Positions 47,701 through 57,684 of a DNA stretch of 63,808 nucleotides are shown piece after piece. The notes below the pieces were generated by a model that worked only from the letters and a program-made list of their open reading frames with translations, was not told the origin of the DNA and searched no databases. This DNA is from Chrysemys picta bellii (taxonomy: Eukaryota): contig NC_088794.1 of the NCBI RefSeq assembly GCF_011386835.1, positions 1,240,193-1,304,000 on the forward strand. Direction: 5' to 3'. The stretch's first letter is position 1. Each line of letters opens with the position of its first letter. The translations under genes were made by a program, and so were the position numbers.

Positions 47701-50700
47701 AGAAAATCAGTCCACGCTCCAGCACTGGTTCTCCCTCGGGGGAGCCTTCCCCTCCCCAAGCCAGGGGTCCCCTCACTCCCCTCCCATACAGCAGCTGTAA
47801 AGGGGAGAACCCCGTGGGGTAAATACATGTCCCCATCCTGCAGATGCTGGTCCAGGAAAGTCTTCAGCATCATCTTCAGGGTCCCATTGAACCTCTCCAC
47901 CAGCCCCCAAAGGGAATGTTTCCCTGCAGCCCCCCCTTAAGGGTTCCTCGGCGCTGCGGCCAGCAAGGCCCTTCAGCTTGTCTAAGGAGGGATCGTTCTG
48001 CAGCTCTGTCTGAAATTCAGCTGCAACGCACAGGGGAAACCGAGGCACACACAATATTTATACCAAACATTAAGAAAATCCCCCCATGGTGACACGGGGT
48101 CACCCTCTCTGCCCCCCAGGTGACACCGGCGCTGGGTGTGGTGGCTGTGGTGCTGCTGGTCACGGTGCTGCGGGAGCCACCGCGGGGGGCCGTGGAGCGT
48201 CATTCTGACTCCCCCCTGCGCTACACCTCCTGGGCCGCCGACGTCCGGGCACTGAGCCGCAAGTGAGTGGGGCGGTGCAGCGGGGCCGGTGATGAGAGAA
48301 CTGTGGGTGCTTGGCAGGGGCCAGGGATGGGAGGAGCAGAAAGTGCGGGGGTGTCAGACAAAGAAGGGGTCAGGAGAAGGTGGGGCTGGGAGGAGCAGGG
48401 TATAGGGCTGGGAGGGGTGGAGATGGGGAGGGGTGAGAGGCACTGGGGTCAGTGTGCAGCTGTGAGGAGTGGGGCTGAGCTGGGGATTGGCAGGGGACTG
48501 GGAGGAGTGGGGCGGGGCCAGGGGGCTGGGAGGGGTGGGACTGTGGGTCAGTGAAGGGCTAGGGGAGCAGGATGGGATCGGGGCGGGTGGGGGCGGGGCT
48601 GGGGATCAGTGGGGGGGCTGGGAGGAGCAGGATGGGATCGGTGCTCGGGGGGGCTCTCACCTCTCCCCCCCCCGGCAGCCGCAGCTTCGTGCTGTCGTCG
48701 CTGGGCTTCACGGCGGTGGCGTTCGTGACGGGGTCGCTGGCGCTGTGGGCCCCGGCGTTTCTGTACCGCTCCTGCCTGGCCACGGGGCAGTGCCGGCCCT
48801 GCCCCGACGGGGACACCTGCAGCTCCCAGCAGAGGTGAGCGCCGCTGGGGGGCTCGGCCCTGAGCTCCACTCTGGAAAAGGGAGTCACCCAGTGACCCCT
48901 GAACTCTGACCCCCAATGTTGGGGCTGTTCTCTCCCCAGTAACCCCTGAACTCTGACCCCTGGTGTCAGTCGTTCCCTCCACAGTGACCCCTGAACTCTG
49001 ACCCCCAATGCTGGGGCCGTTCCCTCCCCTGTGACCCCTGAACTCTGAACCCTGGTATCAGAGCCGTTATCTCCCCCAATGACCTTTGAACTCTGACCCC
49101 CTGGTGTCAGGGCCGTTCCCTCCCTGGTGACCCCCAAAGTCTGACCCCTGGTGGCAGGGCTGTTCTCTCCCCAGTAACCTCTGAACTCTGACCCCCTGGA
49201 ATTGGGGCCGTTCTCTCCCGCAATGACCCCTGAACTCTGACCCCCGGGTATTGGGGGCCGTTTTCTCCCTGGTGACCTCTGACCCCCCTGTCTTCACAGC
49301 CTGATCTTCGGGCTCATCACCTGTGTGACGGGGTTCCTGGGCGTGGGGTCCGGCGTGGAGATCTCCAAGCGCCTCCGCAGAACCAACCCCCGGGCTGACC
49401 CCCTGGTCTGCGCCGCCGGCCTGCTGGGCTCCGCGCCCTTCCTCTTCCTGGCCCTGGTGTGTGCCCAGGGCAGCAGCGTCGCCACCTACGTGAGTCCTGG
49501 GGCGGGGGCTGGGGGTGCCTGGAGCCGGGGGGGGAGGGGCTGGGGGGGCCCAGGGCAGCAGCGTCGCAACCTACGTGAGTCCTGGGGCGGGGGGCGGGGG
49601 CTGGGGGTGCCTGGAGCCGGGGGGGAGGGGCTGGGGGGGGCCAGGGCAGCAGCGTCGCAACCTACGTGAGTCCTGGGGGAGGGGGGCGGGGGCTGGGGGT
49701 GCCTGGAGCCAGGGGGACAGGGGCTCGGGGGGGCCCAGGCCAGCAGCGTTGCCACCTACGTGAGTCCCGGGAGGGGGGCTGGGGGTGTCTGGAGCGAGGG
49801 GACGGGGGCTCGGGGGGGCCCAGGCCAGCAGCGTTGCCACCTATGTGAGTCCCGGAGGGGCCAGGGAGAGCAGGGCTGAGGGGAGCAGGGCTGAGGGGTG
49901 CCTGGAGCCGGGGGTGCCCGGGGCCAGGGGGTGCCCGGGACTCCAGAACCCTGTCTTGTTGAGCCAGACATGCTAGCCTGCTGCAGCATAGACCCAGGTC
50001 TGGTCCACACCCCCAAAGCTGCAGACTTTAACCAAAAACTGCTCAGCCGGTCACCTATCTCCAGCACCCAGATTTACCCAGGGCTGGGGGGGTGCCTGGG
50101 GCCGCGGGGTGGCCGGGGCTGGGGGGAGCAGGGCCGGGGGGTGGCCGGGGCTGGGGGGAGCAGGGCTGGGGGGTGGACACCCCACACACTCGTGTGCCTG
50201 GTGCCCAGCGTTGGCCGGGGAGGGAGGACTCAGGGAGGGGCAGGGGGGGTCCTTAGCCTCAGTAACCGGCTCCCTCCCCCTGCAGGTGTTTATCTTCATT
50301 GGGGAGACGCTGCTGTCCCTCAACTGGGCCATTGTGGCGGACATCCTGCTGGTGAGTCCGTCCTGCGGCCGCGTGTCCGGAGCCACAGGGCCAGCGCTGC
50401 CCCGGCCCCTGGGAGTGATCTTCACCCCGGCCCTTAGCCGGCCCCTGGGAGTGATCTTCACCCTGGCCCTTAGCCGGCCCCTGGGAGTGGCACCCCCCCT
50501 CCGTGCTGGCCCCTGGGAGCGACACCCCCGAACCCCGGCCCTTAGCCAGCCCCTGGGAGCAACACCCCCCCCCCACCTGCCCAGCCCCTAGCCGGCCCCT
50601 GGGAGTGACACCCCCCGGCCCTTAGCTGGCCCCTGGGAGCGACCTGGGGCGGCAGGGACAGACAGACGGACACAGAGCGGGGGAGGGGGCAGGGGCAGAC

Positions 50701-52275
50701 GGACACACAGCGGGGTGGATGGGGGGCAGGGCCCCCCCAGCCTGTGCTGACCCCGCCCTTCTCGCCCGCAGTACGTCGTGGTCCCCACACGCCGCTCCAC
50801 GGCCGAGTCCTTCCAGATCGTCATGTCCCACCTGCTGGGCGACGCCGGCAGCCCCTACCTGATCGGCGTGGTGAGTGCGCGGCAGCGGCACTGCTGGGGG
50901 GAAGCTCGCAGCGCCGGGGGGGTGCTGGGGATTGTGGGACGGCTCCGCTCACCCTCTCTGCCCCCCAGATCAGCGACAGGATCCAGCGGGGCCGCCCCCC
51001 GTCCTACCTGCTGGAGTTCCACAGCCTGCAGTATGCCCTAATGCTGAGTGCCTTCGCCGGGGTGCTGGGGGGCGGCTTCTTCCTCGCCACCGCCCTCTTC
51101 ATCCAGGGCGACCGCAAGCGGGCGGAGCTCAGCACCCAGGGTACGTCCCCCCGACCCCCAGCGCCCCCTAACCCCATTGCCTCCCGCTGCCCCCTAACCC
51201 CATTGCCTCCCGCAGCTCCCCCCCGGCCCCCCACACCTGCCCTCTTCATCCAGGGCGACCGCAAGCGGGCCGAGCTCAGCACCCAGGGTACGTCCCCCCA
51301 GCGCCCTCCAGTGTCCCCCAGACCCCTAACCCCATCATCTCCCTCTGCCCCCTAATCCCGTCACCTGCCGCAGCTTCCCCTGGCCCCCCACACCCGCCCT
51401 CTTCATCCAGGGCGACCGCAAGCGGGCGGAGCTCAGCACCCAGGGTACGTCCCCCCAGCGCCCTCCAGTGTCCCCCAGACCCCTAACCCCATCATCTCCC
51501 TCTGCCCCCTAATCCCGTCACCTGCCGCAGCTTCCCCTGGCCCCCCACACCCGCCCTCTTCATCCAGGGCGACCGCAAGCGGGCGGAGCTCAGCGCCTAG
51601 GGTACGTCCCGCCGACCCCCAGCGCCGCCCAGCGCACCCCAGCCTCCTGCTGCTCCCTAACCCCGTTGCCTCCTGCCGCTCCCCACTGAGCTCCCCACAC
51701 CTGCCCTCTTCATCCAGGGCGACCGCAAGCGGGCCGAGCTCAGCGCCAAGGGTACGTCCCCCTGACTCCCAGCGACCCCCAGACCCCTAACCCCGTCACC
51801 TCCCGCTGCCCCCTAACCCCATCACCTCCTGCTACACCCCCGCACCCCCACGCTGCCGCCGAATTGAGCAGCCAGGGTACATCCCCCCCCAGCGCCCCGC
51901 AGCCTCCTAACCCCATCGCCTCCCGCTTCCCTCTAACCCCGTCACCTCCTGCTGCACCCCCAGCCCCCCACGCTGCCGCTGAGCTCAGTGCCCAGGATAC
52001 GTACAGCCCCACAGTGCCCCCCACTGCCCCGAAATCTTGGTAATCAAGATTCCCCCCCCCCCATCCCCAATGGCACCTGCAGCTCTGTGCCCAAGCTGCA
52101 GCCCTGGTGCCCCCCACATCGAGCCCTGCCCCACTGCCCACCATGTCAGCCCCCCTGACTCTCCCCCCTCCCTCCGCCAGGCCTGCTGCCGGAGGAGACC
52201 GAGCCGGAGGAGCGTATTGTGGTGCCAAAGCGCGGCCGATCCACCAAAGTGCCCGTCTCCAGTGTCCTCATCTGA
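38756..52275 (+). CDS. SPNS1: Spinster homolog 1, lysosomal MFS transporter, 521 aa
   Basis: Exons 38756-38978, 39256-39321, 39492-39628, 42805-42956, 43337-43403, 48120-48262, 48679-48834, 49300-49489, 50286-50351, 50772-50870, 50969-51140, 52181-52275 sum to 1566 nt in frame. Motifs: [51 protein letters not shown]-terminal [20 protein letters not shown] at 52641. Confidence 0.97.
39747..41714. mobile_element. About 2-kb non-autonomous DNA element with long AT-rich imperfect inverted repeats
   Basis: About 39796-39980 is the reverse complement of about 41525-41712 (ggggaattctgcaccaaaaa...tttgtcaaaataacac...gtacgtctgaaacaa); TA on both outer flanks. Confidence 0.7.
41717..42570. repeat. G-rich minisatellite in SPNS1 intron 3
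   Basis: gagagctggagcggtgcagaggggctgggggctgtgcgtgggggagctgtgc units; related units also lie left of 39747. Confidence 0.9.
45302..45846 (-). mobile_element. CR1 LINE 3' fragment inserted between RT and RNase H of the LTR element
   Basis: [19 protein letters not shown]...[12 protein letters not shown], nearly identical to the copy at 56842-57563. Confidence 0.92.
46630..47266 (-). mobile_element. Solo LTR nested between integrase and RT
   Basis: Interrupts ...EIRVVPH / PCSYPQLFS...; flanks TGGGG/TGCGG; ends ccactttgtcaca. Confidence 0.8.
48885..49290. repeat. About 41-bp minisatellite in SPNS1 intron 7
   Basis: gtgacccctgaactctgacccc units. Confidence 0.85.
49465..49855. repeat. Five-copy array of the SPNS1 exon-8 end and donor site
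   Basis: cagcagcgtcgccacctac|gtgagtcc with donors at 49490, 49575, 49666, 49760 and 49845. Confidence 0.9.
50400..50640. repeat. Minisatellite in SPNS1 intron 9
   Basis: ggcccttagccggcccctgggagtga units. Confidence 0.8.
51090..52005. repeat. Array of the SPNS1 exon-11 end and donor site (5 intact plus 2 degenerate copies)
   Basis: ccgccctcttcatccagggcgaccgcaagcgggcggagctcagcacccagg|gtacgtcc with donors at 51141, 51288, 51445, 51602 and 51752. Confidence 0.9.
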
Positions 52276-52869
52276 GACCCACACACACCCCCGGCGCTGG
52301 GGCCGGGCACCGCCGGCCATGCAGAGACTCTCGCTGCCCCCCACTGGCTGGGCTCAGGGCGGGCGGAACTGTGCCAGTTTGGGGGGCTGGTTTTTATGTG
52401 GGCGTGGAGCTCCCCGTGAAGGAAACGGGGTCAGGGACATGGATGGGGCACCCTGGGCTGGGACAAGCCAGGGACCCCCAACTGAACACCCCCAGGCCCC
52501 TGGCGCAGGGAAGGGCTTAGGGACTGAGGGGGGGCCCTTGGATTCCTTGGGGGGGTGGGCTGTGAGGCCCCCCAAGGTCATACAGGTCCCCCTTGGGGGG
52601 CTGGGGTCCTGCCCCCGTCCAGCCACCATATTTTCACCCCATTAAACTCTTTGTTACGTCTCCTGCTGCTGGTCTCTGTCCCGGGGGGCAGGACTCCGGG
52701 CCGTGCTGCCGGGCCCGGCTCCCCCCTGGGAGGGCATTAGCCCCCCACTACGCCCCCCCTACCCTGGGTGTGAGCTCTGCTCCTTGGTGAGCCACTCGCC
52801 CCCTTGCACAAGAGCGTGAGCCCTCGTGCCCCTGTGGGGGAGGCCCTCTGAACCTCACACACCTGCCGC

Positions 52870-52998
52870 TCGCTCAGCGCTACGACTTCCTGCCGGGAGC
52901 TCATTGCCCGCCGCAGCTTCCTGCCGGGGGGAGAGCGCGAGCAGCGCGGCGTGGGTGGCAGCGCCGGAGGAGCCAGCGCCGGACGCGCCACGGCCCAG
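52870..52998 (+). other. Candidate non-coding first exon and promoter of LAT
   Basis: CpG-rich, no ATG, ETS-like CTTCCTG at 52885 and 52916, strong donor CAG|GTAGGT at 52999, about 230 bp after the SPNS1 poly(A) signal; 5' boundary is a guess. Confidence 0.5.
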
Positions 52999-53809
52999 GT
53001 AGGTGCCGGCCCCCCCGCCCGGCTGCAGCCACAGGAAGCCGGACGTGGCGTCTGTCCCCCGGGGCCGGCCAGATGCACGGACGCTCCCCTCCGCCCCCAG
53101 CTGCTAGCATCAGCCTGCCATCTGGGTGACCCTATTGTGCGCTGGATTCGGGGCTGGGGCCCTCTCGGGGGCCGGGCGAGGGCCCTGGACTGGGGGGTCT
53201 CCAGCCTGTCCTGTGGGTCTGAGCCAGACTCTGCTTGGCCCCCTGCCTGTGAAATCCCCCCGCCTCTCCTGCTGGGGAGTGGGAGTGGGGGGCTCTCAGC
53301 TCCCCCAAATCTCCAGTGACTGGCCCAGACCCACGGCGCTATTCCCCGGACCCCGCGCGGCCACTCCCGGAGACGGGGGCTGTGGCCCCCCAGCCGGGGC
53401 TTGTGCCTGTGACCCCTGCAGGGATAGTGGTGGGGGCGAGGCTCAGTGGGGGCCTTGGGCGCTGTCCGGAGACGGGGCCTGGACCAGGCATCTCCCCTCT
53501 GGGGTTCGCAGATGAGGTTGCGAAGGGGCCAGTGGTGACCCTGGGGGGCTGCCCGGAGCAGGTGTTGCCGTGGGGCACGGTGGGGTTGGGCACCGGGGGG
53601 CAGCGTCTCCAGGGTGTGCCGCGCCCCCCGATACCATCTCGGCTTTTCCTGTTTTGCTGCCTCGAGCGCGAGCTCCATCCGCGGGGCGTTGGCGCAGGCA
53701 CGGCGCCCCCCTCGGGCCGGGACAGGCAGCGCAAGCATGCGGCCAGGGCCCACGCGGAGCCGGATGGTCACTCAACGGCGCCATGGGGTTGGGACCCTTC
53801 AACCCCAAC

Positions 53810-54640
53810 CCACCGTTAGCCCTGGGCTCCCCTGCTGCTCCCCCACCTATCCGGTGTCCCTCAACCCCGACCCACAACCCCGATTAGCCCTGGGCTCCCC
53901 CCTGCCCCCCCATCTCTCCACTGCCCCTCAACCCCGACCCACAGCCCCTGTTAGCCCTGGGCTCCCCCACTGCTCCCCCCCCCACCTCTCCAGTACCCCT
54001 CAACCCTGACCCACAGCCCCTGTTAGCCCTGGGCTCCCTCCTGCCCCCCCATCTCTCCACAGCCCCCATTAGCCCTGGGCTCCCCCACTGCTCCCCCCCC
54101 CTCCAGTGCCCCTCAACCCTGACCCACAGCCCCCTTTAGCCCTTGGCTCCCCCACTGCTCCTCCCCACCTCCAGTGCTCCTCAACCCCGACCCACAGCCC
54201 CCTTTAGCCCTGGGCTCCCCCACTGCCCCCCCTCCAGTGCCCCTCAACCCTGACCCACAGCCCCTGTTAGCCCTGGGCTCCCCCACTGCTCCCCCCCACC
54301 TCTCCAGTACCCCTCAACCCCGACCCACAGCCCCTGTTAGCCCTGGGCTCCCCCTTGGCCGCCCCACCTCTCCAGTGCCCCTCAACCCCGACCCACAGCC
54401 CCGTTAGCCCTGGGCTCCCCCCTGCCCCCCCACCTCTCCACTGCCCCTCAACCCCGACCCACAGCACCCATTAGCCCTGGGCTCCCCCACTGCTCCCCCC
54501 CACCTCTCCAGTACCCCTCAACCCCGACCCACAGCCCCTGTTAGGCCTGGGCTCCCCCACTGCCCCCCCTTCCAGTGCCCCTCAACCCCGACCTACAGCC
54601 CCCGTTAGCCCTGGGCTCCCCCACTTCCCCCCCCCCACCT
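53810..54640. repeat. About 63-bp C-rich minisatellite
   Basis: ttagccctgggctcccccactgc...cccctcaaccccgacccacagcccc units. Confidence 0.9.
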
Positions 54641-56841
54641 CTCCAGTGCCCCCATCAGCCCTGGTCTCCCCACCCTACTCCTGCTGGTGCCCCTCAATCC
54701 TAACCTTGATGGGGGTCCCCCCCATCTTGTTCTCCAGCTCCCCTACCACCCCCCCGCCCGGTTCCTCTCGAGTGAGTTCCCAAGCGCTGCCGGTTTCCGC
54801 CCCTAACCGACCCGGTGGTTTGTGGTCGCCCCTTGGCCACGCTCCAGGGCTCAGGCTGTCCGGCCAGGGCCTGTTTGCAGGAGCGGCACTGGCAGGGCCT
54901 GGCCTGGATGGGGGCCTGCCAGGGAGACGCGTCCAGCCCTGTGTGGGGCTGTGCCCCTCTGACACATGGGGACTGGGACAGGCGCAGGATGGGGGTCGTG
55001 ACTGGGAGCCAGGACTCCGGGTTCTGTCGTGGTTCGGGGGTGGGGGGTCTAGTGGGTAGAGCAGGGGGGGCTGGGGGTCAGGACTCCTGGGTTCTCTCCC
55101 CGGCTCTGGGAGGGGAGTGGGGACTGGTGGGTTAGAGCAGGGGGTGCTGGGAGCCAGGACTCCTGGGTTCTCTCCCCAGCTCTGGGAGGGGAGTGGGGGG
55201 AGGGCTGGGAACCAGGACTCCTGGGTTCTTTCCCGGGCTCTGGGAGAGGAGTGGGGGCTGGTGGGTTAGAGCAGGGGGGGCTGGGAGCCAGGACTCCTGG
55301 GTTCTCTCCCCAGCTCTGGGAGGGGACTGGGGTCTGGCTGGGAGCCAGGACTCCTGGGTTCTATCTGTGTGCTTTGGGGCTGGTCCCTGCTCCCAGCAGA
55401 GCGTCAGTTTCCTTTCTCACCCTTTGTGTGTTTTGGGCTGCGAATGCTGTGGGGCTGGGACTGTCTCTTCCTCTGTGTCTGGGCAGCACCTGAACTCATG
55501 GGCCTTTGATCTGGGCAGTGGGGGAGGAGCAACTGGGCAGAGCCCAGGGAGTTTGGGTAGGTCCTATTATAATAAGGGACAATAAGAGAGGTGTGACTCT
55601 GGCGTGCGTGGGGATGGTGCAGACGGCTGGGGCAGCGGGAGCCTGGCGCACCCCGGGGTCTCTGGCGCAGGGGCCTGGCCTGCGTGTGAGCTGGGCCCCG
55701 CTGCGGCTGCTTTGCCGGGAGCTTGGTGCAGGCCCCAGCCGAGGCTCCCCGGGGGCGGCAGCTGCAGCGAGAGCTGGGCGCCGCTGGGGTGGAAACCGCA
55801 GCTGCAGAGACGGAGCCGAGCGGCGCCTGAGCCAGCAGCCCCGCTCCCTCCACCCACCTGCTGCAGCAGCAGATCCGGCCTCCCCCACCCCGGTGACTCA
55901 GCCTCGCCCCCCAGCAACCGGCAGGATCCGGTCCCACCATCAGCCAAGCCTGGGACCCGGCGCGCTGGGCGCTGCACAGACCCCGCGAGAGACGGGCTCA
56001 GTGATGCCAGGCTCAAGGGTCGAGGGCCTGGTGCAGATATCACAGCCTGGCAGGCAGCAGAGCCAGGGATGGAACCCAGGTGTCCTGGCTCCCAGCCCCC
56101 CCTGCTCCAACCCACCAGGCCCCACTCCCCTCCCAGAGCCGGGGAGAGAACCCCGGAGTCCTGGCTCCCAGCCCCCCTGCTCCAACCCACCAGCCCCCCT
56201 CCCCTCACAGAGCTGGGGAGAGAACCCAGGAGTCCTGGCTCCCAGTCCCCCCTGCTCCAACCCACCAGCCCCCACTCTCCTCACAGAGACTGGGAGAGAA
56301 CCCCGGAGTTCTGGCTCCCAGCCCCTGCTCCAACCCACCAGCCCGCACTCCCCTCCCAGAGCCAGGGAGAGAACCCAGAAGTCCTGGCTCCCAGCCCCCC
56401 CTGCTCTAACCCACCAGCCCCCACTCTCCTCACAGAGATGGGGAGAGAACCCCGGAGTCCTGGCTCCCAGCCCCTGCTCTAACCCACCAGCCCCCCGTCC
56501 CCTCCCAGAGCCGGGGAGAGAACCCAGGCGTCCTGGCTCCCAGCCCCTGCTCTAACCCACCAGCCCGCACTTCCCTCCCAGAGCTGGGGAGAGAACCCCG
56601 GAGTCCTGGCTCTCAGCCCCTGCTCCAACCCACCAGCCCGTACTCCCCTCCCAGAGCTGGGGAGAGAACCCAGGAGTCCTGGCTCCCAGACCCCCCTGCT
56701 CTAACCACCAGCCCCCACTCCCCTCCCAGAGCTGGGGAACGGACCCAGGAGTCCTGGCTCCCAGCCCCCCCCTGCTCTAACCACCAGCCCCCACTCTCCT
56801 CCCAGAGCCGGGGACAGAACCCAGGAATCTGGAGAGATCCC

Positions 56842-57563
56842 ATACACTGCTACAGACTAGGGACCGAGTGGCTAGGCAGCAGTTCTGCAGAAAAGGACCT
56901 GGGGGTCACAGTGGACGAGAAGCTGGATCTGAGTCAACAGTGTGCTCTTGTTGCCAAGAAGACTAATGGCATTTTGGGCTGTATAAGTAGGGGCATTACC
57001 AGCAGATCGAGGAACGTGATCGTTCCCCTCTATTCGACATTGGTGAGGCCTCATCTGGAATACTGTGTCCAGTTTTGGGCCCCACGCTACAAGAAGGATG
57101 TGGAAAAATTGGAAAGAGTCCAGCGGAGGGCAACAAAAATGATTAGGGGTCTGGAGCACATGACTTATGAGGAGAGGCTGAGGGAACTGGGGTTATTTAG
57201 TCTGCAGAAGAGAAGAATGAGGGGGGATTTGATAGCAGCCTTCAACTACCTGAAGGGGGGTTCCAAAGAGGATGGCTCTAGACTGTTCTCAGTGGTGGCA
57301 GATGACAGAACAAGGAGTAATGGTCTCAAGTTGCAGTGGGGGAGGTTTAGGTTGGATATTAGGAAACACTATTTCACTAGGAGGGTGGTGAAGCACTGGA
57401 ATGGGTTACCTAGGGAGGTGGTGGAATCTCCATCCTTAGAGGTTTTTAAGGTCAGGCTTGACAAAGCCCTGGCTGGGATGATTTAGTTGGGGTTGGTCCT
57501 GCTTTGAGCAGGGGGTTGGACTAGATACCTCCTAAGGTCCCTTCCAACCCTGATCTTCTATGA
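56842..57563 (+). mobile_element. CR1 LINE 3' fragment (about 720 bp)
   Basis: ORF 56911-57486 is the CR1 RT C-terminus ([28 protein letters not shown]); 3' end tcttctatga. Confidence 0.95.
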
Positions 57564-57684
57564 GTCCTGGCTCCCAGACTCGCCCACCCTGCTCTAACCC
57601 ACCAGGCCCCACTCCCCTCCCAGAGTCTGGGAGAGAACCCAGAAGTTGGGGTTCCCAGCCCCTCACCTAAATACTAAACCCCAC

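Larger units (their letters stand above)
43435..48094 (-). mobile_element. Decayed Gmr1-like LTR retrotransposon (INT-RT-RNaseH order; gag-pro deleted) filling SPNS1 intron 5
   Basis: Minus-strand order: integrase ([11 protein letters not shown], about 47900), RT ([14 protein letters not shown]; [12 protein letters not shown]...SYLGH), RNase H (KPFMAFTDA; [15 protein letters not shown]). LTR sequence 43435-44670 and 5' LTR stub 48024-48094; flanks CGTGG/CGGGG. Confidence 0.88.

Noticed and set aside
43435-48094. Active pol partner for the gag-pro-only elements
   Set aside because: Multiple frameshifts, a damaged RT catalytic motif (YIMDN), nested insertions and a different LTR subtype
53810-54640. 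Interstitial telomeric repeat
   Set aside because: Only scattered CCCTCAA/TTAGCCC words within a 63-bp unit; no TTAGGG tandem run
55506-56555. 349-aa and 292-aa ORFs between SPNS1 and LAT
   Set aside because: Half repeat-derived, with no domain and no supported splice structure
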